From: Andalucia godoyi And28
Taxonomy: Eukaryota; Protista; Jakobida
NCBI GenBank assembly: GCA_009859145.1
Contig: VRVR01000028.1
Location: 36,438-100,437 of the forward strand
Length of the DNA stretch: 64,000 bases
Direction: 5' to 3'
Below are positions 1 to 13,289 of the stretch, piece by piece (positions within the stretch are counted from its first letter, which is position 1; every line of letters begins with the position of its first letter). The notes under the pieces were generated by a model. The model saw only the letters and a program-made list of their open reading frames with translations. It was not told where the DNA came from and made no database searches. The position numbers and the translations under genes are program-made.

Positions 1-716
1 TTATGCAAGCACTGTCCTGTTCCGGACAGTGCGCCATCGCTTCTGATCATGGTCACTACATTTTGAATGTCGCGTCTGCTACGGCCTCAGATGCGATTGG
101 CTGTCATGCTCTGTGTTTTCTGAACCCCCTGCTGTGTAAAACGTCGCATCTTTTCCATCCCCCATCCGCGCGCTGATGTAATGTCTCGCTGCATTTCCTT
201 CATCTCAACAATGCATGCCGGACTCGGGTCAAATCACCGGCCTTGTTCGAGGGTACGCACACCAAGATGAGGTGACGACGGGTTTGCAGAACCCTGGCCA
301 GGCAAAAAAAGAATCTGCCTTCTTACCACGAGCTTTCGCTACCATACGGCCGCACCAACGACTGGCACTGCTGGACATAGGTTCTCGTCAGCACACAACG
401 GTGGCAGACCGTAGCACAATCCCAGTGTAACGCATTCAGCAAAACATTAAAACGGAGAAAAAAGCGACTGTAGTCGGGAATTGGGTAATTAATATTTTAC
501 GTACAACTCCTGAACGGCGTCGTCCCCAGGCGATATTCGTGTGCCAGATTGCTCGCCGTCCCCGACTCCACCAGTCCCCAGCATTACCTCAGAAAAAGTG
601 CTGTGGACCATTTTCCGTATTTGTACGCTCACTGGTATCTCGGAATTGAATTTAATGGAAGCGCCGTTTCTCTCTCGAAATCCGTGACGATTCCTCGGAG
701 GCTCTTTGATGGTTCA

Positions 717-3686
717 CTAAACAAATGTCTGTGTAGCATTGGCAGAATCGTACGTGAAGTCTTTTGTGTTGGCCGGAATCAGACGTTGTCTGATGGCTTC
801 TCTTTCTGCTGAGGATTCCGTGCGCTTGAGTCGAATCCACAAGATGGTCGAAACGGAAATAGATCCAACAAGCAGCACACCGACTAAAATGTACAAAGCA
901 AGAACTGGTGCATTGGACAGAATCAAAATGGGTATCAAAAATGCAAAACCTGCGCCGATGCATAAAGCACATCCATTCCAGAAATTGACACTTGCCACGT
1001 TGCTCGGGGAAAAACAAGTCCGGATCCTGACATCGTGAGTGAACACAATAAGGAGACAGAACAAAGCGACAATCGACGAGATCGGGCCCGGAAAAAGCGG
1101 CCCCAACGCAGTTGCGAGACAAATGATCATCATTCGTATACTAAAGACGCGATACTGGTACACGGAGGAAAAGAGAATAATCGTATCTGCTCGAAGCACC
1201 GGTGTATAATCGTGGTCTCTTGCCAAACATTCGTCGAATGCAAAGAAAATATTTGCCCATGAATTGGCAAACACGCTCATGAAATACCACGGCAGGATCA
1301 CAGACATCGAGGCTAATACATATGGTTCGTGTTCTGCAGTCCAGCATTGGATGGAGTCTAATTGAATCAGTGCACCGTCGGAATTACAGGATAGGATCCT
1401 GACTAAAACCATGCAACTCGGAATGAACAGGATTTCCGTAATTTGCGCAACTGTTGTGAGGTACGCCACAGTCCAGGGTCGATCAGCAACACGTGGCTTG
1501 TCCCTCCATCGGATCAACCATTCAAATCCCTTGATGAACAAGCGAAACAGAAAGGATAGACTGAACAAATACGGACGAGTTTCAAATTCTGCCAACTTCA
1601 CGGCTTGATTCAACAGTTTTGCGTATCGGACTGCCCACGGTTCACACATGAGAAACGGCACCAAAATGGAACAGCCGGAAAATAAAATCAGCGCATAAAT
1701 CACTGCCATTGATGTCCAGAACAGCAAATCGAATTGGGCTCTGGTGTGGACGTGAAAAACATTCAGGACGGTAACGTCAAGAGCAGAGCTGGCAGCATTA
1801 TCCGATCCATACGGCACCAAAACCGTTCGACAGATTTGAAAAACAGCCAAGATTAACGAGAAAAACTGAAAATACAGGCCAAATCGATAGGGGAGTACAA
1901 ACAACCATCGCTTTTCAGGCTGTTGCTGCTGACGGAACTCATCAAGCTTCCTCAATGAGAATGCATTGAGTGGTTTGCAAATGGACAGGAGATTCACATC
2001 ATGGTACATCGCCATTGCAAGGCAGTAATATTTCTTGACAAAGAAGTTCACTCTCAATGTGTAGATCCAGGTACCGACAAGCGTCAACGTCACACTCATG
2101 ATGGCCGGAGTCGAACTCTTGAATGGAGCGAAGAAGTACCAAATGATTCCTTGCGCAACGCACACCAAAAATACCCACACAACCTCAATGACATGTGTTC
2201 CCAATACCGTTCGTTCATTCCATGGCAGATTCGCTATGAGCCGTGCCAGATCTTCCTGTTCTCCCGGAGAATTGCTGATGTCGCAATTATATGTATGCCT
2301 ATTCGAATCATAATTGGGCGCACTGTCAGATGCTGAACCTGGCATTCGAGAACGTGACCGTCTGAACATGATGTACACCAAAACGACAGCTAGCAAAAAC
2401 GAACACGTCACAATGACGACAGAACTGACGCTAAGACCCTCTTTGAATTCAGAATCACCGCCACGAGAAGAATTCGACGGCTGAACAACATACTGGATAA
2501 CAGAGACGCAGCCACTATAGTCATTGTTCGTACAACATGGAACATGTGCAACGATTCCTTCTTCAGCTGCGCAGCCAGTGATTGTAAAGGATGATAAAAA
2601 CGGACTTCGTGGACTCCATTCTCGGTCAAAAGAATAAAATCTCTTGCTTTCAGTAGTACGGTTGGCAATCATGAATCGTGTGTCCTCGTCCTCATCTCGA
2701 TCGCACGACGAAATTTCGTAGTCAATCGATGGGACTGTCAAAGAGTTACCAACGATTGCCCAAAATTCCCCTCTATGAGACCGCAGACGGACTTCACCGG
2801 AGGACGTAATGTATCCGAGGTACAAATCGTCGGACATGCCCAAAGCAAGCGATGCTGATGTTACTTGTTTCGCGGAGTAGAGAGACGTCCAATCCGAAGA
2901 ACTGTATGCTAACACATGCAGCTGCTGCGCATCGTCCACAAACGAAATGTAGGGAATATTGCGGCTGTCCACGACCAAAGAAAAATGATGGATATTCGTC
3001 GGCATAAGATAAGGAGAAACATGATCGAATCCGTCTCTTGTCAGTCGAACAACATATAATCCATTAAGATCTGTGTAAACGACGAAAGGAAGGTCCTTGC
3101 CACTGCTCGAGAGAAATAGTTGCATGTCCCTATCTCCATCCCCGTCTCTGGAAGCTGACAAAACCGTCGTCCATCGTTTTTCATCGTTCTTAAAAGACAA
3201 CAACGTCACACTGGATGGATCCGAGTATGCCACAAATATGTCTTTTCCGTGGTTCACAGCATGGATGCGTACCTGAGAGATTGGCGGTGTCCTTAGCTCT
3301 CCGTCTCCTCCATCATCCAACCAATGATTGCTGCTGGTATCAAACTTGCAAACTCTCAGTGTTTCTCCATGTTGGCTATCTCCGAAGGCAACATACAAGA
3401 TCCGCGAATCGGGACTTGCAAAGATGCCCGCTCCCAAAGAATGCATCGAAAGGCGTTCAGGCAATTGTTGCCGTCGCACACTTGCAAAACAGACATTTCT
3501 TGCAAAAATCAAATTTAATGCAACAATGATCAAGAACGAAATGCGAATTGCAGGCAACATGGAGAAATATGGATGGCATCCGATGATATGAAACAAACTC
3601 TGGGAAGCGAAACCGTCGGCAGCCGAAAAAATGAGAGCTCGGCTGGGCTGCAATCCGGAGCGAAGAAAGTAGCCCAGCTCTGTCAT
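717..3686 (-). CDS. Large multi-pass membrane protein with propeller-like N-terminal ectodomain
   Basis: Uninterrupted 989-aa ORF. A second Met at 3560 gives a signal-peptide-like MLPAIRISFLIIVALNLIF. Repeated blade-like units (IFVAYSD..W, FVVYTD, PYISFVD..W, LYLGYIT..W), then many hydrophobic segments including L-S-C..CW..EH..Y. Family not assignable. Confidence 0.8.
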   Translation of the reverse strand: MTELGYFLRSGLQPSRALIFSAADGFASQSLFHIIGCHPYFSMLPAIRISFLIIVALNLIFARNVCFASVRRQQLPERLSMHSLGAGIFASPDSRILYVAFGDSQHGETLRVCKFDTSSNHWLDDGGDGELRTPPISQVRIHAVNHGKDIFVAYSDPSSVTLLSFKNDEKRWTTVLSASRDGDGDRDMQLFLSSSGKDLPFVVYTDLNGLYVVRLTRDGFDHVSPYLMPTNIHHFSLVVDSRNIPYISFVDDAQQLHVLAYSSSDWTSLYSAKQVTSASLALGMSDDLYLGYITSSGEVRLRSHRGEFWAIVGNSLTVPSIDYEISSCDRDEDEDTRFMIANRTTESKRFYSFDREWSPRSPFLSSFTITGCAAEEGIVAHVPCCTNNDYSGCVSVIQYVVQPSNSSRGGDSEFKEGLSVSSVVIVTCSFLLAVVLVYIMFRRSRSRMPGSASDSAPNYDSNRHTYNCDISNSPGEQEDLARLIANLPWNERTVLGTHVIEVVWVFLVCVAQGIIWYFFAPFKSSTPAIMSVTLTLVGTWIYTLRVNFFVKKYYCLAMAMYHDVNLLSICKPLNAFSLRKLDEFRQQQQPEKRWLFVLPYRFGLYFQFFSLILAVFQICRTVLVPYGSDNAASSALDVTVLNVFHVHTRAQFDLLFWTSMAVIYALILFSGCSILVPFLMCEPWAVRYAKLLNQAVKLAEFETRPYLFSLSFLFRLFIKGFEWLIRWRDKPRVADRPWTVAYLTTVAQITEILFIPSCMVLVRILSCNSDGALIQLDSIQCWTAEHEPYVLASMSVILPWYFMSVFANSWANIFFAFDECLARDHDYTPVLRADTIILFSSVYQYRVFSIRMMIICLATALGPLFPGPISSIVALFCLLIVFTHDVRIRTCFSPSNVASVNFWNGCALCIGAGFAFLIPILILSNAPVLALYILVGVLLVGSISVSTILWIRLKRTESSAEREAIRQRLIPANTKDFTYDSANATQTFV

Positions 3687-5124
3687 CGTTCATTCGTTAT
3701 CCATCACCACGATCCTGAACTGCTGCTACGGATTCCACTAAAACGACTGACAGCTTTTTGTGCATCCTGAGAGCAGGCTTTCTCGCCTGTTGCAGGTATT
3801 TTTGCCGGTTTTTTCCAGTCTTTTTTGCTTTTAATCTTTCTTTCTTTTCCTCTTGTTTTTTATAATCTTTTTAAAAATAACGATATAAATGGGCACAGTT
3901 TCGAGCGGGAAAAAATAGTAATTACATCTCATACTGGTTCATTGGAGAATGGCGAGCGTTCGCTTTGGGCAATAATCGTCCGTTTGCTGCTTGGATAGAC
4001 AACAGCAGCCCTGTGGGCTGTATTCCAACCGTGTCTGCAGCTGACTGTTGTGATGCGTGAACATATGATGAGGTACTGCTACCCTCACCGCCATTGTAGA
4101 AACGGATGCGGATGGCGTTTGGGGGACGAGGAGCAGTCGAAACGGTCGATCTTCGGGTTGCTGACTGTTCCCGTTTCTGTGTCTTCGCATCCTTCTCCGC
4201 TCTCCGTTGCGGAGTCTGTCTGTCCACCCCACTGGCGCTATGTCGGAAGCATAGAAGGCGCACGACATGCCATTTTTCCCATTCGAGAGCACCCGACAGT
4301 ACAGCCGCAGGAATAACACACAGCTCCCTTACACGACGGATGCGATGCGACAAACAGCGGGCAACAGATGAACTGTTTTTTGTAACAAGCGAGTGCCTGG
4401 TGGACGGCGCAGCTAGAATCTGGTGTTTTAATTTCATGGACGTAGGAAGTCGTACAGCATGCCGCACAGCCAATCGCCCTTCAAGCGCCTCTTCTCCGCC
4501 CCGTGAGACCCCCGGGTGGAAGACCAGTGACACACTGACCATACCCATCCATGGGCGTCCTCGAAGCGAACGGCAGGGCTTCACAAAACCGGATCCAGCC
4601 TTCTGGCAAATGACAGCTGCGGCGGCGTTCCTTCGCGCTGCAGCATCAGCAGTTTCTCGTCATGCAGCTTGTTTTCCTTTTCACGCAAGTAATTCAGCTC
4701 CTGACCCCAAAGCTTGCGGCCGTCCTCTTTGGACGGTTCTCATCGTGTTCTATTCCGTTTTCATCATCGTCTGACAAAAACGCTTCAAACCCTCTTGACG
4801 TAGGTTTTTTTTCCCCCCGTCCAGTTAATACTACATTTAAAAAAACGATCTCTCTCTTTCTCTCTCCCACGATTTCGCTTTGTATTTCGTTCTATTATTT
4901 CGCTTTGATTTGGGTATCGTCGTCCGCAATTCGGATTTGTTGCAAGGCCCCAGACGAATGATTCGCAGGATCGATTGTTATGCAACATAGCAACAGTACC
5001 AATGAGAGCCAATTAGTATTGATGCAGTGCACGGCCATCGCTGTCTCCGTTCGTCCCAGCGAATGCTCGGGTTCTTGCAGCAACGTCTCTGGAACTTGCA
5101 ATGTGGCAAATCTGATGTTATGAG

Positions 5125-8100
5125 CTATGATCCAAAGACAGATTCGATGACAACAGAAAGCAACGATCCAATCACAACTTCGCCCGCAGATTCAATCAGC
5201 AAAACAATAGGCTCCATCAAGAGAATATCCGAAATGAATCCAATGACCGTACCAGCACACCACTCCGCCTGTTCGTCATCCGAGTATCCAACGGAATACA
5301 ATATGAGTACGTGCACGAAGAATGCTATCAACAGAAGGACTAGAAAATACGGAATCACAATCATCCAGGCTGGGAGCAGAAAAGATTTTCCGTCGTCTTG
5401 GACTGTGTGGATCGACAGCACGGCACGAAGAATGCGGCGCCTGGACATTAATCCTCGCTTCTTCCGCCGAATTTCTCGTGCTTCTTCAGAGGTGGATGCC
5501 ATCGTTTCATTGCGAGGCACCCAAACCCCGCGATACCACACGAATACCATGACGAGGGCCATGACAGAAGACACGATTGCAATCTCCAACGGTTGTCCGC
5601 CATTTTGTATAATGAAGTACAATATCATAGCGGTAAAAAGGCCCATGGTCAGGACAAGCAAGACAGAATCGCGTACAGAAAATCGATCTTTGAAGGAGTG
5701 CAGAACGGGAGGCTCCAAAGAGAGAGGACGGTCGGACTTTTCTTGGTGATGAGCCGCTTCGATTTCCGCGCTATCATACGTTGCGGAAGCGTTCGGAGAA
5801 TCTCCGTTCACTGGGGTGCTTGTACATTCGTACGCATACGCTGCTGCATTCGGCAACGAGGATCGATCGACTGGATTTTGCTCCAGTGGAGGAAGCTTGC
5901 GACCCATTGTAAAGACGGAAATGCTGGTCGACATTGAAGGGTTTTGCCCACTGACAACTGGAAGTACCTGTGAACTCCGAGGCGATTTCTTCGTTGAACG
6001 TACTGGAGAATATGCACGCTCATCACCACGCAATGCATCATCGTCTGCGGAATCGGAAGCCGGGGCTAATGTGCAGTCAGCTGGTTTGGAAATTTCAATG
6101 ATTCTCTGTCGCTCTCGATTCTTCCGTCGAATCCGATCCTTCCCAACACGCTGGAAGAGGAACGCTACTACGAGGAAAAATGGAACCAGGATCAACCCAC
6201 TGAGAATAGAGACCAATATGATGCGAAAGATGTTTTGTGTGTCCGAACTCGGTGCAAAGAACGCATTGGTCGCCATGGTCGCTAAGATTAGGCACAACAG
6301 CATCAAAACACGAGCAGGGCGCCGAACAGGGTCTTCTTCTCGATGGAAGACCAAGGACATTAGAGAATGCTCATATTTCAAACGGTCTTTGTGCAAAGCT
6401 TTGACACTGATCAGCTTTTCTGGAAGAGGCATTGCATCCAGTTGGCTTTCAGGAACAGGGGTTCTTGCTTCATAAAAGGCTTTCAACGTCTCGGATTGCA
6501 AGCTTTCTTGGAATTTTCGAACTTCAGCGTCTCTGCGGTCCAAAAGAATGCATACGAGGAGGATCACACCAAAGACGACTGCAAGGACAACGAAAAATGA
6601 GAAGAGAAACGTGTCCAGGAACTGCGAGTTGTAAGCTGAAACGTCTGTGATATCTACAGCATCAACCTCTAGGGCAACACTGTCTTCTAGCATATCAACG
6701 GCCGTGAAGGACGTCAGATGACTGGAGAAGCACCACACACCAGCTCCGTCAAACACCGTTTGCAAGCCGGCTGAAGAATATCTTCCTAGAGTTTCGTTAT
6801 AAAACTGGCATTTTCTCACTTTTCTGGTGGCGTTCCGACTCATATCGACCGTGAAAGGGATGTAAAATCGAATTGGTTGCGGCAAACTTTCGACAGCGCA
6901 TTCTCCTCCTTCAAAAGGATCGGAAAATGAGATCGCCACCGTGTTGGACGCCGTCGATTGGTTGATGTTCATGGCGTGTCGGAACGGATTTCGCTTCCAA
7001 TTCGTCACCTGCAGTGCGGAAACACCAGATGAACACGGCACAAACCCTGGCGGAACAACAATGGGGGACGGCAAGGATGGCACTGTAATGTTGCTTCAAG
7101 TTTGCAGAGTATCCGGTTGTGGACGAACCACATCCATCTTGAAGGTTGGGGTATTCATTGTCAGTGGCGGCTCACCAGGTGCCATATTCTTGGACAGCGT
7201 CTGACCAAGGTCGACTAGAACACGGGAGACGACAACGCTTTGCCGAGAAACCTTCTCCAAGGTTTGAGAAGGCGCATCTGCCGGATCCTCCGCCGAGGTC
7301 AGCTGCGTAGCAGACCCTAATCCGACAGCCAACACAAAGTTAGATAAAACGTTCCCTAGCTTTTGAACCACATCCGAACTCGCGCCACCTGCCGTTGTGG
7401 AACGAGCAGCACTTTGCAAGAAAGTTTCGATCTTTTGACTGCTTTTTGGTGTGATTTCCAAAGGTTGAGCAGACACGGCCGCAACAATGTCCAGTTTCTG
7501 TTCAATTTCTGCAAGGAGAGAAGCTTTGTCAGCTCTCTCGTCATCCATCTGCGACGGTCCATCCAAAACGAGGGAGAGAAGATTGTCCCGCAGAGCAGCG
7601 CGCATATCCACTTCGGTCTTGTTCAGATTACACAACGGGCTGGTCCAGCCCACCTCGCACTGACAAAACATCATCGTTTCTCCTGTCGTGGACGTCCCTG
7701 AAACACAAGATCCATGAACACCGCAATCTGGGCAGACGGACTCCTGCGCAGTTGCGGGGCTGTTCGACAATGCCAAAAGAGCATTTGAGACATCACTGTC
7801 GTTCGCAAGAGATCCTGCAAACACTTGCGATACAACCGACACCACTTGCAGGACGGAAGACATGTCACGCTCTCCAGCACCATTAGACGAAGAAAATGAT
7901 TCGAGAAGAGAAGACGAAAGCGAAACAAGATCCGTCTGCCCATCAAAGACGTATTTGCTGCACGACACTCTCAAGTCGGCTTCAGAAGATGCACCCAGAC
8001 TGTCTCGTGCTACAACAATCAATGTAAGAGAATCATTGAGTCCGTAACCCTTTGGCAAAACAATGGCTGCAAACTCAGCGGACGCAGAGTTGGAAATCAT

Positions 8101-11100
8101 GGTGATCCGCTTCGCAAGAGAATCGCCATTCCCTGGATTTGACACTTGTAAATCGTACACAAGAGGAACATCGTCGTCAGTCCACCCGCCGCAAGACACA
8201 GTGTACTTTGTGCTGAGCTCGACTCCTTGCAAAGGCGAAACAACGCAACCCACGAGCGGATCTCGAGACGGTGAAGCATTGACAGTGATGGACTTTGATG
8301 CAGACGATTCCACGCCGGAGGACGTCCGAACGGTCACTTCGATCCTATATCGCAAACCAGGCTTCAGAGATCCTTCCCGAATGGTAAGCATAGAGTTCGA
8401 AGAATTCGTCAACGCCCAATCTCTGGTAAACACATCCACGAATTCCCCATTCTCAAAGACTGCCCAAGAATACCTGAGGCGCGCTTGAACTGGTGTGACA
8501 GAAATGGAAAACTTGAGTCGGTCCATTGCGGAAACTCTTGATGCGGTAGGCTGAACGAATACCACCAATGGAGGTTTACCAAAAGAGTAGTTTCAAGGAG
8601 GAGCGAGGTCCTGGCCATGCGATCTCCTTTTGAAACTACCAGCGAAATGGAATACCACTTTCCAATCGTGAAGAAACCATTGTTGAACCTTATGTTGACC
8701 GAAGAAGTTGGGACGAAGTTTGTGCAGGTCGGCGATGCGGATGCAAAGTCGGAGGTGTCCGACTGGACACACGTCCAACTGTATGGCCACGGAACAGAAT
8801 CATCCTGTTCGAAATCTACAGATTCTGCGGCGGAGAGCGCCAGAACGTTTTCTACACCGTGTCGCAAGTACGGCCCTTTGTCAATGACTGCCTGCAGAGG
8901 TCGCATAGGGAGCACCTCAACACGAAATGAAGCACTATTATTTGCATAAGTCGATTCCACCACAAGATGAAACGTGATGCTGCAGTTCGATGGCAGTCTA
9001 TCGGCCGCTATCAACAAGTAAGACCTATTCACGATGACATCAGTGCCTATCCCAGCTCGGGCCAGATCCGCACAAAAAGGTGATTCAGACTGTAGCGTCC
9101 AATAGTATTTCAAGATCGAAGTCGGGCCAGAGATACACTGGATGTGAGGATGAGCGAACGGGATCGCAACACAATCGAGGGAGAGGGACCATTGATGAGA
9201 ACGCCCAAAATAACGCTTATACAAGAACGACGGCCAACCGATGGAACAGAACCGTCCAGGCAGCGTACACTGCCGACTGTCTTCGCTAATAGAATCGTCC
9301 GGACAAGGCTGACAGCGTTGACCGTCAGGACTGACCATGCCAGCATCACACGCAACACAAGAATTCTGATATGCGTGAGGCATGGATCCAGGGCGGCAAA
9401 GGGAGCAATGAGTGCCGTTCGAAATGTGAAAAGGAGGACACGACAAACACTGCGACTGATTGGCCCCAGCCACATAACCAAGAGGACAGAATGAGCATTT
9501 TGTTTCATTGAATCCTCGCACGGCGCCGTTCGGGCATGGAATGCATGAAGCATGCGCCAAATCATGAGTCTGCCCAGGAGGACACATTTTGCATGACATC
9601 CCTGATGAACTCGCAAACAAATCACGGCATTGAATGCATGTGGTTTGGGCTATGTTTGGAGATGATCCAGCAGCACATGGGAAACACTGTTTTCCAGAAG
9701 AGGAAACAGAGCCAGGAGGACATGCAGCGCAGTTCTCAAACACTCCATCTGCCGCTGTGCCAGGACCACAAGCCACACATTCTCTTGAAACATTTGAAAA
9801 GACACTTCCTAATGCACATCCAATACAGTACGAAAAATCCAGAGATGAACGCGTCCCTAATGGACACTGGCGGCAAGCATACCCCGTGGAAGAATTGGAA
9901 AACTGGCCTTCCAGACAACTCTGGCAGCCATCCAGACTGTGCAATACTTCCGAACCCGGCGAACAGTGCTGGCATCGAAAACGAGTCAGCGGGCTTGAGA
10001 ACATGTGTGGAGCACACGGCACACAGTGTGATCTATCCGTATGCACCTCCATGCCATTCGCACAGTGCACACACAGATATCCGGAAGCCAGGTTCGCATA
10101 CTTGCCCGGTGCACATTCAACACACATCGCGCCACCTTGGGCGGGCGCTGATCCTCCAGCACACCGGGTGCACACAAATTCTGAAGACTCGTTGCTGAAC
10201 GACCCTTCTGGGTATCCGACGCAGTCGCTGGCGTCCTCAGACGGCTGCATGCCAGCAGAGCAGTTCATGCAACGAAAGTGCGTTACTTTGTTCGAATACA
10301 TATTATATGGACACCGAGAACAGTCGGTGTACGTCGAAAAATATCCGGGCGGGCATCGCTCGCATGCCAATCCTGTTGATGCGTTGTGAAATTCTCCCTC
10401 AGCACAAGGCGCGCATGCGGAAGACGAGTTCGCGCCGGTCCCACTGTAGTACATTCCGTGCGGACACGGAAGACACGTTGATACATTTTGGCTGCCTTCG
10501 ACAAGAGAATACGTGTTTGCAGGGCAAGCTGCAGCTTCCGCTAGCGAACGAAGCCCAGTCAATGGTGAATACATGCCTGCAGGCAGCTTCAGACACGTGC
10601 TCAAGTTTGCCGCTCCTCGGAACATTGAATAAGTTCCAGCGGGACACAGAATGCAAGTGTTCTTCGCCTGTGCACCCAATGCGGACGAGTAGCTTCCTGG
10701 TGGACAAGGAACACAGGCACTTGCATTCGTGTCCTCCATCTGCTTGTCACGGGGTCCCATTGGTAGTGAAATCAAGTCTGTCAGATCCAGGCTTTGGTTG
10801 AACACAACGAGGGTGGAGATACTGCCGGATAGGAACGAATTGTAATCTCGGCCATCTATACCAAGGAACATCTCTTCCGGATTGAACCACGTGCCAGCAA
10901 CGCGTAGCTGCGATGCAGACAGAATGACATTCGTATACCAGGAAATGTGGGTGTAGTTCACGGAAATCCCTACAACCGCCCAAGTGTTATCGTAGGGTAT
11001 CTCGGGAGGAATGATCTCTGTAACGGGTCCGCAGCAATGTTCCAAGTAGCGGTTAGTAAACCAAAGCCCCTCGCCTTCATACGTATACCACGCTCGACCA

Positions 11101-12777
11101 AGGTAGCAATCATGCCGGTAGACCCGGCTGGCACTGAATCCCAGCAATTGCACTAAAATTTGTGCCGCCAGACGGAAAACACCGGAATATATGGTTTCCT
11201 GATCCGTACGATGACTTGCCGTTGAAATGTGGAATATGCAATTCATTACTTATGTCCACATTGTAAAGTTTGATGTGATTGCCGCAACCACTTTGATCAA
11301 GCCACAGAATATTGCCGTCCGTCGTTGCAAAAGCAGAAGCAGACGACGTGAGAAACAGCGCAATCATCTTGTTGAATTCAATCGGATTGGGGGGAGAGAA
11401 GAAAGTGCCTGCAGGGCACTGAATAGCCGAAGGTGGTGCTCTGGAAATTGGAACACAGTCAAATGCCCTGCTAGAATCGTTGAAAAACGTTCCCGAAGGG
11501 CAGTCGACACACGAACCGGACCAGTCTAACGACCATGTCATCACCCGATTGCTTGAGCCATTGGCAGCAACCGCAACGAATAATCCGACTTCAGCAGACC
11601 ACGCGACAGAGCTCCAGCTGTTATCTTCCGCCGAAGCACGGGCAGTCCACGGGATTAATTCGGCTTTGCGAGAAACGTTCACATATGTCCCCGGAGAGCA
11701 TGGAATACAATTGAGAGACGAATTCGATCCGCGCTGATGGCTAGATGTCCCCGGTGGACATGGTACACACACAGATGCATTTCGAGCAGCACGAGTTGTT
11801 GAATAGACTCCCGCAGGGAGATCAACGCATGCAGAAAACTCTATGGTGGCATTCGCTGAATCGTAAGTGCCAGGAGGGCATGATACGCAAGATGTTCGGA
11901 GTCTTCGATGAAACTCCAGCCCCTCCTTTTCAACGACCGTTGAAAGGAATGAGTTCTGACCGTATACATTCCACTTAGATGTGTGTGTGTCATCACGACA
12001 TAGTGAGATGCGCTAGGCTCACCGCTTGCCCAGTTTGCATACAGAGAGTTCTCTAAGTGTCCAGCAGTCCATCCGGTCCAGAACTGCACTCCTCTCTCTG
12101 GACCCTCTGTCAAGACCCATGTCCCCGGCGAAAGTTCATCGGAAGCCGCTAGGTATATCGCAGTTGTGCCCCGTATGAAACTCACGAAACTGTTTTCCGC
12201 TGCAGAGGTGACTGTCACCAAGTGTCCGGCAACGCCAGACAAGAAGCTGCTGGCGGCGAAACTCCGGGATTGTGAGAGCGTACGTGGTTCGCTGTCGACT
12301 ATGTAAAAATTTCCGACTTTGGAACATTCCTCGCAGTACAACAGGGATGGATTCTGGGTCAGCAATTGATCTCTGAACTCAGACCATTTTTGCAGAGTGT
12401 GTGCCAGCCGGGCAGGGAATAAGCGCCGAATCATTTGCCCCGGCCGTCGTGCTATAATATCCGCTCGGGATCGGGGAGCTGGCCATGGCGCTCGTTGCTC
12501 CTGTGACACTCGAAAACGTCCTCAGCGGACAGCTCGCGCACGACGATCCAGAAAGGTACTGCCCAGCACGGCAGTCGAGGGCGTCGCTCAACGACGGATA
12601 CGTCATCAGATACACAAATGCCAAAATGACAACCTGGCTCGGCAATCGGCGGCCCTCTGCTGTCGACCGGAGACCATCTGCTGCCGTCCGTGACCGGATC
12701 TGCTTAACGTTGCATCCGTTCCGCAGAAACTCGCTCGACATTCGCGACACTTGCAAGTAAGTTGCTGGTTGCGACAA
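5125..12777 (-). pseudogene. Disrupted polycystin-like (Cys-rich repeats / C-type lectin-like / LamG-like / REJ / EGF / GPS / TM) receptor gene
   Basis: Six consecutive minus-strand ORF pieces join into one architecture: signal peptide, CxxCPxGTYS repeats, lectin-like YANWASGEP, LamG-like segment, REJ region, EGF (CGVHGSC..CQCEVGWTSPLC), GPS (CQFYNE..WCFSSHLTSF) and polycystin-type TM block. Breaks near 12390-12360, 11985, about 11150, 9270, 9130 and 8583, plus an in-frame TGA at 7096-7098. No usable GT-AG introns seen at the breaks. Confidence 0.8.
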
Positions 12778-12859
12778 AATCTGCCGTATCCCTACAAACT
12801 CCCAACCTTTGGCAGTCTGTGGCCGGAGGCGGCTATGATCTTACCGCAGTGTACGTGGA

Positions 12860-13240
12860 CTGCTTGTCTTGATGTAGAAATGAGAACGCGGATAAGAAAG
12901 CATTGACGCAATCCGCAGACTCGTCCGCTTCGTAGACTCATTGATTGACGACGAATTGCAACGTTGCGCTGTCTGATCGAGATGAGTTGCTAAAATTGTA
13001 TCCATCATCGCCATCAACTCCGATCTGGCTTCCCGAACATGAACGGTTGATCGTTTCATTATGCATGTTGTTGGGTTGCAGCATGGATTATGGGTGATCA
13101 GCGATGATTATCCGTGGCTAGTGTACAATGTAGGTGTCATGCCGCACCTTTCATCAAGGACAGAACATTGCCTGGCTCCAAAGAGATATCTTCACAGCAA
13201 GCGCAAACCCGGCGCTGCCCCGAAGATGCCGAGAACCGAT
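12860..13240 (-). repeat. Dispersed element, copy A
   Basis: Minus strand of 13218-13237 is 20/20 identical to 46140-46159 and similarity continues to 13121/46255. GCGTTCTCAT at 12880-12889 matches 46337-46346. ACCCAACARCA..AATGAAA..CCGYTCA (13040-13076) matches 19523-19570. Confidence 0.8.
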
Positions 13241-13289
13241 CGAAAAACATAAAAATGACATTTATTTGTTTATTTCTGTTAATTGTTGC

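Noticed and set aside
7096-7098. In-frame TGA in the polycystin-like gene as selenocysteine
   Set aside because: Not a redox-motif position, no AUGA/GA SECIS seen after 5125, and the gene has many other lesions.
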